This document shows, one piece after another, positions 11,101-17,992 of a stretch of DNA of 64,000 bases; the first letter of the stretch is position 1, and each line of letters opens with the position of its first letter. The notes under the pieces are model-generated. The model was not told where the DNA came from. It ran no database searches and worked only from the letters and a program-made list of their open reading frames with translations. A program made the position numbers and the translations under genes. This DNA comes from Patescibacteria group bacterium (lineage in GTDB: Bacteria > Patescibacteriota > Dojkabacteria > J137): assembly GCA_963169855.1 (NCBI GenBank), contig CAUJCN010000001.1, positions 81,828 through 145,827 on the forward strand, in the 5' to 3' direction.

Positions 11101-14100
11101 TGCTCTGGCCAAAAGCAGAAGAATTTGCTCCAGAAGCTGTAGTATCTAATCCAAAAGCTGCTGAGTTATCTCCAACATTGAAGTTGTCCCACTGACCCAT
11201 TGTAGCGGTTCCAGCTCTAAATGCTCCTCTACCAGGAGCCCAGTACATTCTAGTTGTAGAAGAGAATACTGTAGGAACAGCCATTCCATTTAAAGTACCT
11301 TCAAATAATACGTTACTAGGATCTCCCGCGCTCATCACATGTAATTTTTCTTGTGGTGCTGCAACTCCAATTCCAAAATTTCCCTGACCTGACCACCCGA
11401 TGCTGGATCCTGCCAAAGGTACTTCTGTATTAAATAGTAATGATGCATTTGTAGCCTCCGGAGATCCTACTGCGCCTCCTAGTCTAACTCTATCGGTGGC
11501 TGCATCTACTTGTAAACCATTATCAGCTAAAACATTTAATATTGGATTTGTAAGAGTACCTGTGTCACTGAGACCATCTCCAGCTGTTATCGAAATTATT
11601 CCTGCAGATCCTGTAGATCCAATTACATGCCAATTAGCACCATCAGAAATTAAAGTTACAGCATTCATATCATCCAAAGCATATGCTCCGGAAAGACCAT
11701 CTATTGTTTCTAAGCCCATAGGATTCACTCCCGAAGTAGATCCAGATTCATTTTTTATTGTATAGATTCGTCCTGCTAACCCGCCTGCTGATGGTAAATT
11801 CGCGCTTACTGCTGGACCTGTCAACACTACTGTTTGATTTAGCTCATCTAAGTTAATGCTTCCACCAGAAGAGTCTTCGTAGTTTACAGAGAAACTTCCA
11901 TTTGTACTCAAAGTTGAATGTGGAGTAGTGTTATTAAATCCTACACCCAATCTATTGTTAAGAGTATCTACAGATATTACTGTTGCAGTATCATCCTCTT
12001 TTCTAACTTGGAAAGCATCTGTTCGATTTACGCTATTTGAAACAAATATTGGTCTTGAATTTCCAACTGTTGTTACTCCAATCTGATAATCAGTAACCCC
12101 AATTCCTGGATCAGAGAACATTAATGCAATTGGATCGATTACTCCAGTTACTGTTAAATCTCCAGTTACTTGCAATCCCTTTGTACCAGTTAAACTTCCA
12201 CTATCAAAGGTTGGTAAGAACCCATTATTCGTAATTGTTGTATTGTGTAGTAGAGTACCACCCCATTCGATAAAGTCTCCAGAGAAACTCAAACCATTTT
12301 GAATCTGAGCATCTATTATTGGATCAACTCCAGTTCCAGAATTTACTAAACCTAACCCTGCTGTAACTGAATTAACTCCACCAGCTCCAAAACAATCAAA
12401 ATATGCTGCACCGTTTTCAGAACACTGGAAACCTCCTAATGCAGAGTTGAAGTACATTCTCCCTTCTCCTAGAACAGATAATGCTGGGTCTAACGTAACA
12501 CCCATCATAGAAAGACCTGAGTTACCAGTCAATCCAGTTGTACCTTGATCAATGCTAAGCAACGCTGTAGGGGCAGTAGAAAGTATTCCAACTCTTCCAT
12601 CTCCCATAACTGTCACCAACGGAGTTGGAATTCCAAATAAATCGTTCTCTATTTGGAAGACTTCGTCACTTGCACTAAGATTTTGCTTTGTTGCGAAATA
12701 AAATGCCTGTTCTACTCCTTGTCCAATGTTTCTATCAGAAAGAAATGCCATCCCACCAAAATTACCTGCAGTATTTGTTCCAAAGTTTGTTGTGTGTATA
12801 GTTGCTGAACCCGGCGATGCAAACCCTTGATTTAAAGAAGTATAATTTGCACCTGCTCCCAAAGTTCCTGTTGTTGATGTGATATTTAGACTTCCAGGGC
12901 CAAGTTCTAAGGAAGCCCATCTATTAGTTAGTGTTCCTAAATCAAATGTATTATCTACCTCAGGATCGAATCCTGTTGCAGTTATTCTTGCAATACTTAC
13001 AGCATTCCTAATAAATGTTTGATCAAAATTATCTAAAGTACCTAAAACACCGCTTGTACCAAATGAATTTCCATCCTGACAGAAAAAATCACCTGTAGGA
13101 TCACACGGAAGATTAGCTAAACTTGAGTTTACAGGATTACCACCTGCATCAAATCCAAGTAAGTTAGAAATCACCCCAACTGGAACTCCCACATTTGAAG
13201 AAACGCCGTTAACATTAGATGTAAATCCACCAGCAAGATTCAGGGAGAATACATTACTGTTTATTATAGTAGCAGTGTCCGATACACCATTAACTGTTGA
13301 AGTCATTGTGTTACCTAATGAGTCGAGAACATTTGTCGTTGCTCCAGATAGAAATGTACTCGCGTCCTTACTTAATAAGTTTCCTGCCGCATCAGTATAA
13401 AGAATATTAAGTACAGCCGGTGCATCATCTCTTGTATTTGGATAGCTACTCATTAAAATATTTCCATTGCCGAAAATTGTGAACCTATCAACACCACCAT
13501 TGTTTGCTGTAAAAATAGAAGTACCTATTGCAGTCTCGTTCCTTACTAACAATCCATTAGCACCTACGCCAGGTGTTCCGTTGTGGAATGTAGCAGTATA
13601 CCCTGGTGTGATTGGACCACCGATCTGCCAGAAAATTCCTACAGGATGTTGACCAACTCCACCTTGATCAGTAATACTACCTGATGCATTCGAAAGTAAA
13701 GTTGCGGGATTGTTGCTACCTATTCCAACATTTCCTCCAGCCATAACTCTCAATCTTTCTAGACCATTTGTTTCCAAAACCAAATCGTTGTTATCATTTG
13801 TTCCTAACGTACCCGTTGTACCAAAAAGGTTACCATCCTGACAGAAGAATGAACTAGTAGCAACGCAAGGAAGAGTAGAAAGATCAACAGTGTTGCTGGT
13901 TACACCATTAACAACACTCTCTAGATTTGAACCTACAAGATTTAAAACATTTGTATTTATTATGTCATCGAAACTTACAACACCATTCACTGTGCTTGTT
14001 GCAACATTCCCTGCTGTTGTGAATACATTAGTAGTATTTCCAGTTAAAATTGAAGCAATTGTTTCATTAACTGCTACTCCACCTGCATCAAAACCCAGAA

Positions 14101-15757
14101 CATTAACAATAGTTCCTCCTGCAATTGGTTGATTATCACTAACTCCGTTAACATCTGTCGTGAAGCCTGTTGCAAGATCCAAGTTAAAGTTAACTGAGTT
14201 AATAATATTTGCTGTATCTGAAATTCCGTTTACAGTTGAAGTCATTACATTACCTAGTGAGTCTAAAACATTAGTAGTTGCTCCACTTAGTACAGTAGCA
14301 ACTGACTGATTCGCTGGATTACCTCCTGCGTCATAACCTAGAAGATTAACAATTGTTCCTGCAGGAGTTGCTACAGTATCTGCCACGCCATTCACTGTTG
14401 AAGTGATTCCTCCAGCTTGAGTCCAAGTTAATGTATTAGTTGTATTTGCTGCCAAAATGCTACCAATTGTTTGATTTACACCATTTCCACCAGCATCGAA
14501 TCCAAACACATCAGTGATTGTTCCTGCTGGTATTGCCTGTGAAGATGCTATTCCATTTACTGTTGAAGTAAATCCTGTTGCTAAATCTACAGTTAAAACA
14601 TTTGAATTTATTATGTCGTCAAAACTTACAACACCATTTACTGTGCTTGTTGCAACATTTCCTGCTGTTGTAAAAACATTAGTAGTTGCTCCAGTTAAAA
14701 TTGAAGAAACTGTTTGATATGCTGGATTACCCAATGTATCGAAACCTAGTAGTTCAGTCAAAGTTCCTGCAGCTAAAGCTTCATTAGCAGCAACGCCATT
14801 TACTGTTGATGTAAATCCTGTAGTTCTATCAAGATTAAAAAGGTTTGTTAAGGGTAGAGCAGAGGTGTCAGTACAAGCCCAACTTACTCCGTTAAACATG
14901 TATACCTGATCTAAGGCACAGGCAGTTAGGCCATATGTGACTGTGTTTCCAGCTGTTGCAACTGAAATCGGACCAGTTGAAGCAAGGGTTATTGAAGGAC
15001 CAGTTTCACCATTAACATCTGTAATTCCTGCGCCTACAGCTGCTGGTAAACAAACAAATGCTGTTCCGTTCCAAGAAAGTCTTTCTGTTGGTAGACAGGT
15101 AGGAGCATTTACAGAAACTGTCCCTGTAGTTGTAATTGGGCCTCCAGTCAGACCGTTTCCAGTATTTATAAGTGTAACTCCTGTAGGTAAAGATACCGAG
15201 TTTCCGTTAGAAATCGATAGAATATTCCCAGCCAAACCTAATGTTTGGCTATCATTATCAACTCCACTCCCAGATCCTACTAAATCAGGTAAACAAACAA
15301 ATGCTGTTCCTGTCCATGATAACTTTTCATTGAAAGTACAGGCTGGAGAATCCACAGAAAATTGATTTGTTGTTAATTCTAGACCTTCACCTGATGTATA
15401 CGTATTGGATCCTCCTGTTCCTTCTGTGGAACATTCCCAAGTATTAGTAACTCCACTCCACCTTAATATTTCGTTAGTAGAACATACTTTGTTAAAACTA
15501 ACTGTATAACCGTTATTAACCTGATTAACTGTAATTAAATCTCCTCCTTGAACAGGTGATGAATTTCCGCCTGGATTTACTGTGGTATTACCAGTTGAAA
15601 ATGCTCCCCATCCTAAGAGAAGTATAAGGATAATAATTAAGACAAGGGTTACAACATACCAATTTCGTAGGAGTTTAAAGCGGTCGAGAGATACAAGTTC
15701 ATAAACACTGAACTTCTGCTTAGTAGGTTTTGTTACAGAATCATCTGAATGGTCCAT
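5159..15757 (-). CDS. Giant (3532 aa) type-II membrane-anchored surface fibre protein. It has Cys-pair modules, about 213-aa tandem modules, two roughly 1-kaa mega-repeats carrying YadA-head-like 14-residue 'NSTAFG' repeats, and a C-terminal phage tail-fibre intramolecular chaperone (peptidase S74-like) domain followed by a coiled coil and a terminal β domain.
   Basis: Single intact ORF. N-terminal 'WYVVTLVLIIILILLLGWGAF' TM anchor. Repeated 'xSTAFGxxTxAxGxx' 14-mers. C-terminal 'YKSNISDLNNGLDTVMGLRPVQF...LGFIAEEVNVVDPRLA...GVNYELMSAIL' matches the endosialidase chaperone (S74) signature, and a heptad-rich coiled coil follows. Confidence 0.85.
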   Translation of the reverse strand: MDHSDDSVTKPTKQKFSVYELVSLDRFKLLRNWYVVTLVLIIILILLLGWGAFSTGNTTVNPGGNSSPVQGGDLITVNQVNNGYTVSFNKVCSTNEILRWSGVTNTWECSTEGTGGSNTYTSGEGLELTTNQFSVDSPACTFNEKLSWTGTAFVCLPDLVGSGSGVDNDSQTLGLAGNILSISNGNSVSLPTGVTLINTGNGLTGGPITTTGTVSVNAPTCLPTERLSWNGTAFVCLPAAVGAGITDVNGETGPSITLASTGPISVATAGNTVTYGLTACALDQVYMFNGVSWACTDTSALPLTNLFNLDRTTGFTSTVNGVAANEALAAGTLTELLGFDTLGNPAYQTVSSILTGATTNVFTTAGNVATSTVNGVVSFDDIINSNVLTVDLATGFTSTVNGIASSQAIPAGTITDVFGFDAGGNGVNQTIGSILAANTTNTLTWTQAGGITSTVNGVADTVATPAGTIVNLLGYDAGGNPANQSVATVLSGATTNVLDSLGNVMTSTVNGISDTANIINSVNFNLDLATGFTTDVNGVSDNQPIAGGTIVNVLGFDAGGVAVNETIASILTGNTTNVFTTAGNVATSTVNGVVSFDDIINTNVLNLVGSNLESVVNGVTSNTVDLSTLPCVATSSFFCQDGNLFGTTGTLGTNDNNDLVLETNGLERLRVMAGGNVGIGSNNPATLLSNASGSITDQGGVGQHPVGIFWQIGGPITPGYTATFHNGTPGVGANGLLVRNETAIGTSIFTANNGGVDRFTIFGNGNILMSSYPNTRDDAPAVLNILYTDAAGNLLSKDASTFLSGATTNVLDSLGNTMTSTVNGVSDTATIINSNVFSLNLAGGFTSNVNGVSSNVGVPVGVISNLLGFDAGGNPVNSSLANLPCDPTGDFFCQDGNSFGTSGVLGTLDNFDQTFIRNAVSIARITATGFDPEVDNTFDLGTLTNRWASLELGPGSLNITSTTGTLGAGANYTSLNQGFASPGSATIHTTNFGTNTAGNFGGMAFLSDRNIGQGVEQAFYFATKQNLSASDEVFQIENDLFGIPTPLVTVMGDGRVGILSTAPTALLSIDQGTTGLTGNSGLSMMGVTLDPALSVLGEGRMYFNSALGGFQCSENGAAYFDCFGAGGVNSVTAGLGLVNSGTGVDPIIDAQIQNGLSFSGDFIEWGGTLLHNTTITNNGFLPTFDSGSLTGTKGLQVTGDLTVTGVIDPIALMFSDPGIGVTDYQIGVTTVGNSRPIFVSNSVNRTDAFQVRKEDDTATVISVDTLNNRLGVGFNNTTPHSTLSTNGSFSVNYEDSSGGSINLDELNQTVVLTGPAVSANLPSAGGLAGRIYTIKNESGSTSGVNPMGLETIDGLSGAYALDDMNAVTLISDGANWHVIGSTGSAGIISITAGDGLSDTGTLTNPILNVLADNGLQVDAATDRVRLGGAVGSPEATNASLLFNTEVPLAGSSIGWSGQGNFGIGVAAPQEKLHVMSAGDPSNVLFEGTLNGMAVPTVFSSTTRMYWAPGRGAFRAGTATMGQWDNFNVGDNSAAFGLDTTASGANSSAFGQSTSATAAGASAFGVNTTASGINSAAFGFNTQATNQGATAFGQNTQANGMNSIAAGNGTFAFGTNSIAFGQSSAVDMSSENTIAGGNTNVAIGASSNSALFGQSNNLNGASAAIVAGVGNTVSGATSFTIGEANTSTGQRGIVFGQNNTTVPTTNNSIVGGQGNNNVDAENSAVFGVTQTVSGQRVVVGGQFNQVNFSNDVAVFGQGNQVQNQGSITGGQANQNFSNFSLVGGMMNQVSGLQHFAAGQQNQIMMGSENAATWGFSNEVVNSYGTAFGNNNISSGTGATAFGQNTTAQGEYSTSFGQGNTASGNNSLAFGQNTQATSFGATSFGNNTQANGPFSVAAGTDNITGSISSIVYGSSNNIDMGSDSTLVGGNLNQSQTSVNSILSGQGNTMTGSNRSLGIGQGNSITGTDSITTGNTNTNGGQNSIVFGSSNTLMPFGVNTILGGSNNNNIGVNDGAIFGFNQMAAGARIVAGGQSHQIFGADDSAVFGQANQVTGQASLVSGSSNTVPAFYSLVGGSGNNIQGSTNFGAGNMNNINFNASSAGVWGFSNDVSADYATAFGNNNNATGIGSTSFGNTTSAFGSYATSLGVGTSAQGDGAIALGEGTIASGQNSFAGGFTSTASDREAFAFGQNAQASGTMSVAFGLQNISSGTASFVGGNNSQAMGDSSFAYGNVVQANANFATAFGNGATANGFSSIAMGSQVTAGGTVSIAMGDGATASGERAVAFGESTESQGFAQTTIGRFNTVSGNSLAFDQSDQAFIIGNGTSDFARNNAFSVGWDAKMTLYGGFAPAVSPFGAGSMYFDTLSNTFQCSENNGAWFSCFGGGSLVGGDGIDITGSTISALADNGLQVDPVADRIRLGGAVGSPEATNASLLFDTEVPLAGNSIGWSGIGNFGIGVADPQEKLHIISNGDPTNVLFEGNLSGDPVPAVFSSTTRMYWAPGRSAFRAGTANGFQWGDANVGDYSTAFGLDTTASGTGSMSWGQQNEATGQNSTAWGTGSFAQDINATAWGNTTVASGPGATSFGTQTQAQATNSIAFGFGTVANGDQSTSWGEDTLSSGISATAFGTQTQALGDNGTAFGQNSIVGFGSTNSTAFGTATEAGTSAPGVENALAFGNQTQAQDDQATAFGNQTSAQGLNSTAFGFSTQALNDNSTAFGDDTLAQGIGSTAFGFTTQALGEYATAFGRISNVGVNSLASTAFGTDTSAGVMTMNVANALAFGNQTQAEANQATAFGNQSQAYGINSTAFGLLTQSQGDQSTAWGENSVAQGTNSTAFGFTSEALGDTSTAFGRFTTVGSQSFASTAWGTSTLAGFFTANVDNATAFGFDTRAEADQATSFGYQTSASGDNSLAFGRGTQSMAEQSTAFGFQTVAQGTNSTAFGNGAQAIGSNNTAFGNLTQTRGLNSMAWGDQTNVDPGAVFENGTAFGANTLANASQATAFGLGNVADGQNSTTWGESNVASGVNSTVFGDENVVAPSATLSTAWGSQNIVTGMGNTVWGLQNVGTGPGATVFGIGNITGSGTDTTLSSFVSDTYVQTIMGSYAIRNGANASQTYTEAITDNEQIFIIGNGEDDLTRSTAFYVTWNGDVFFERELRANGNAGNIGDVLLSGGAGGAANWTDSEFTFWMLDGNQTDGLGGNYTLGTTVNNGIDFTTNLVARMSLNANGELDVSQLTNGGASTSYVCTDASGVIVVQAGVCNVSSERYKSNISDLNNGLDTVMGLRPVQFTKNSDGSRSLGFIAEEVNVVDPRLAFSRDGRIEGVNYELMSAILTDAVQTQEGRLQNVEVQVNENEGRVDAVEASLNTLSAVPTDLQGIRSTILDLQNTNVSIQQTINNIQSSLTIFQTHEARLVDVETRLASLEGTVSLLQGGSASIDLSNLSVGNLIASGNVRVLGKLNVSEDTAGVATIETGLTFVTVTFSTPFNTVPVVTASPIGRRVDYYVGNITETSFDIILDAALEVPVEFNWISLGR

Positions 15758-15911
15758 TCAACCAAAGTAAAACTAGCAATAGTGCAATTATTATATTTAG
15801 CAATATGATCGTAAATTTCCAGCCTTTTGATTCTTTCTTTTCAACATCAATTTGGACTTTGTCCGATGTTTTTTTGTCCGAATCCTTTTCTACAAGTGTA
15901 ATTTCCTGCAC
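15741..15911 (-). CDS. Small single-TM peptide (56 aa, GTG start), paralogue of the peptides upstream of the other two giant genes. It overlaps the giant-gene start.
   Basis: Translation '(M)QEITLVEKDSDKKTSDKVQIDVEKKESKGWKFTIILLNIIIALLLVLLWLNGPFR*' read from the minus strand. The C-terminal hydrophobic helix plus 'LNG' parallels P1/P2, which end in 'IING*'/'LING*'. The TGA stop lies 14 nt inside the 3532-aa ORF. No in-frame ATG is present, so the start is uncertain. Confidence 0.4.
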   Translation of the reverse strand: MQEITLVEKDSDKKTSDKVQIDVEKKESKGWKFTIILLNIIIALLLVLLWLNGPFR

Positions 15912-15966
15912 ATTTGAGCGTTAACTCTATACAGCATATACAAATTTTAAAACGAAATCAATAGTT

Positions 15967-16398
15967 TTATTCTGCGTCTCTGATTGCCGATAAAACCTTT
16001 GAGCTAGGGCTTAAATCTTCTATAAATAAGACTTTACTAAGATTTATGTCCATTCGATTTGAAGGTCCGTGAAGTTCGTCTCCCAACTTAATCAAATTGA
16101 TATCTGATGATGTAGATTCCGACTGATTAGAAAGATAGTAAACGTTTTTTAGAACTATGAAGTTTAAATCTGAAGAACCTTTATCTATTTTGCCGAAATA
16201 CACCTGCCCATTTTCTAGGAAAACTGCTTGGTATTCTGATTCGATTTTTAAATCTAAATTTTGGGAGCTATCTCTGTTTAAAAATAAAATTACTGAAAGT
16301 AAAATTGCTACAACACTAAGTCCTATTGCAATAACAGCTTTACTTTGGTCGACTCTCACTTCCTTTTTAATTTCAGTTTTTGAATTTAACGACAACAT
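15967..16398 (-). CDS. Hypothetical single-pass membrane protein (143 aa)
   Basis: An N-terminal charged segment is followed by the TM helix 'AVIAIGLSVVAILLSVILFL'. The ORF lies between giant genes. Confidence 0.5.
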   Translation of the reverse strand: MLSLNSKTEIKKEVRVDQSKAVIAIGLSVVAILLSVILFLNRDSSQNLDLKIESEYQAVFLENGQVYFGKIDKGSSDLNFIVLKNVYYLSNQSESTSSDINLIKLGDELHGPSNRMDINLSKVLFIEDLSPSSKVLSAIRDAE

Positions 16399-16442
16399 TT
16401 GGGTTTATTAACTAAGTTCAGTTTACCAACAAATTCCTTAGT

Positions 16443-17123
16443 TTAAAACATGGTAAATGGAGAATAGAGAGAGAACACTAAACTATCGTCTTCAGGATCT
16501 TGCGATACTTTAAATAACGGATTAGCTACTATAGAAGTCATTTGATTTGTGATGTTCCAAAACTTTTCCAACTCTTCTCGTTTCAAAACACCTACATTTA
16601 CTCTAACATGCTGTGATCTGGGTAAATCCACTGATGATGAATGTCTGTCCGCAGGGTTGCAAGAATTAAAGTATATATACAAAAGTTTTTTGAGAATTTC
16701 ACTTATTTGAATAGGTATATCTTCAAAAAGATATTGAGATTTATCAATTCCATAGAAGACAGATTTTTTTGTACCTCTTGGATTAAAAGGTTCTGGTAGT
16801 ACAAATAAAAAAGGTATGCATATCTCATCGATTTCAAATTCTATAACGCATACTCTAATTGACCTCATCTGACCCTCTATGCTTATCTGAACCGTAGGGA
16901 CGAAATAAGAAAGATAATCATATTCATAAAATAATTTTTGGATAAAATCAGAAGGAAGGCCATCTTCGCTAAAAACAGACTGATCCTTCAGTTGAATATA
17001 GATAGTAGCTTTTGTTCTGTCAATTTCTAGCTTCCCCAAAGAATTTTCATGCGTGAATCTTACTCCTTTTGGATCAGTACTCGGCAGAATAAATCGATTA
17101 TAAGTTGTTTCTTCAGTTCCCAT
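16443..17123 (-). CDS. Hypothetical protein (226 aa)
   Basis: Intact ORF on the same strand as the fibre locus. No recognisable motif. Confidence 0.5.
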   Translation of the reverse strand: MGTEETTYNRFILPSTDPKGVRFTHENSLGKLEIDRTKATIYIQLKDQSVFSEDGLPSDFIQKLFYEYDYLSYFVPTVQISIEGQMRSIRVCVIEFEIDEICIPFLFVLPEPFNPRGTKKSVFYGIDKSQYLFEDIPIQISEILKKLLYIYFNSCNPADRHSSSVDLPRSQHVRVNVGVLKREELEKFWNITNQMTSIVANPLFKVSQDPEDDSLVFSLYSPFTMF

Positions 17124-17165
17124 GTCGGTAGATTATATTACACCAATCCCCATTTACGCCATGAA

Positions 17166-17197
17166 AAACCCACCTGTGCCGAAGCTTTGGTGGGTTT
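17166..17197 (-). terminator. Rho-independent terminator (possibly bidirectional) after ORF 17217..17951
   Basis: A 9-bp stem aaacccacc/ggtgggttt with a 14-nt loop. On the minus-strand RNA it is followed by UUUUUCAU. Confidence 0.45.
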
Positions 17198-17216
17198 AAC
17201 ATTTTTATTCAACAAA

Positions 17217-17951
17217 TTAGTTGATACTAGTAGAATAACTTCCGCTAGATACAATTGCATTAGTTGATGGTCTGTAGATAATAATCAAAGACTTGCTTGC
17301 ATATGTACCAACAACATCTCCAGTTTGTAGATTTGCATAGAATGCTGCAGATCCGCTACTTTGTCTGAACAAATCAGCATCTGTTACCAATGAAACTTGA
17401 GGAACTTCGTCTTCATCTTGAGCAATTAATCCAGCTTCTTTTGACTTAGCAACAAACTGGTTTAAGATCGCCTGTTGAGATTTCTGAAGTAGAGTAGTTG
17501 GATTATCTCCATCATAAATAACTCTGTCTTCTCCTCCTCTATAAATTACCAATTTTGTTGAGTAAGCTAAAACATGGTCTCCATTCTGAGCATCTTTGTA
17601 AACTACTGCATTTGCTTCACTCTGTGATTTCAAATCTTCCACATTTGGTAAACTTCCATCTCCAATCACTGCCATTACAGGAATTTCTGTAGGTGGAACT
17701 TGCGTTAAACTTCCAACTCTATTTATTACTTTGACAGCATTAAACTGACTAAGTAAATTAATTGGGTTCACAATTACGAATAATGTTACAAGCTGTAATA
17801 CTACAATCGCAGCAAGTAAAAATTTCATATTGTATAAACTTTTTAAAATAGATAAACCCCCTCTTGATGAACCACCTGCAGAACTAGTAGTTGGCCTAGG
17901 TGCAGCGGGAGTAGACTTATCTAAGTTTAGTTTGACTGATCTTCCATTCAT
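17217..17951 (-). CDS. Hypothetical membrane-anchored/secreted protein (244 aa). An alternative start at M42 would give a signal peptide.
   Basis: An Ala/Pro/Ser-rich N-terminus is followed by 'MKFLLAAIVVLQLVTLFVIV' (TM or signal peptide). The ORF lies directly downstream of the 1760-aa giant gene. Confidence 0.5.
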   Translation of the reverse strand: MNGRSVKLNLDKSTPAAPRPTTSSAGGSSRGGLSILKSLYNMKFLLAAIVVLQLVTLFVIVNPINLLSQFNAVKVINRVGSLTQVPPTEIPVMAVIGDGSLPNVEDLKSQSEANAVVYKDAQNGDHVLAYSTKLVIYRGGEDRVIYDGDNPTTLLQKSQQAILNQFVAKSKEAGLIAQDEDEVPQVSLVTDADLFRQSSGSAAFYANLQTGDVVGTYASKSLIIIYRPSTNAIVSSGSYSTSIN

Positions 17952-17992
17952 ACGATTAAATTAATATTCATAGTTTCCTATGAGTTGGATTA

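Noticed and set aside
6462-15365. Numerous plus-strand ORFs of 60 to 140 aa inside the 3532-aa gene (for example 6462..6848, 8424..8654, 11400..11765, 13890..14132, 14514..14717 and 14937..15365). Similar ORFs lie inside the other giant genes (19372..19937, 20556..20780, 21828..22061, 22557..22931, 24656..25069 and 26639..27031).
   Set aside because: They are antisense to long intact repetitive ORFs. Their Pro/Ala-rich translations are the complements of Gly/Thr/Ser codon repeats. Their recurrence merely mirrors the sense-strand repeats.
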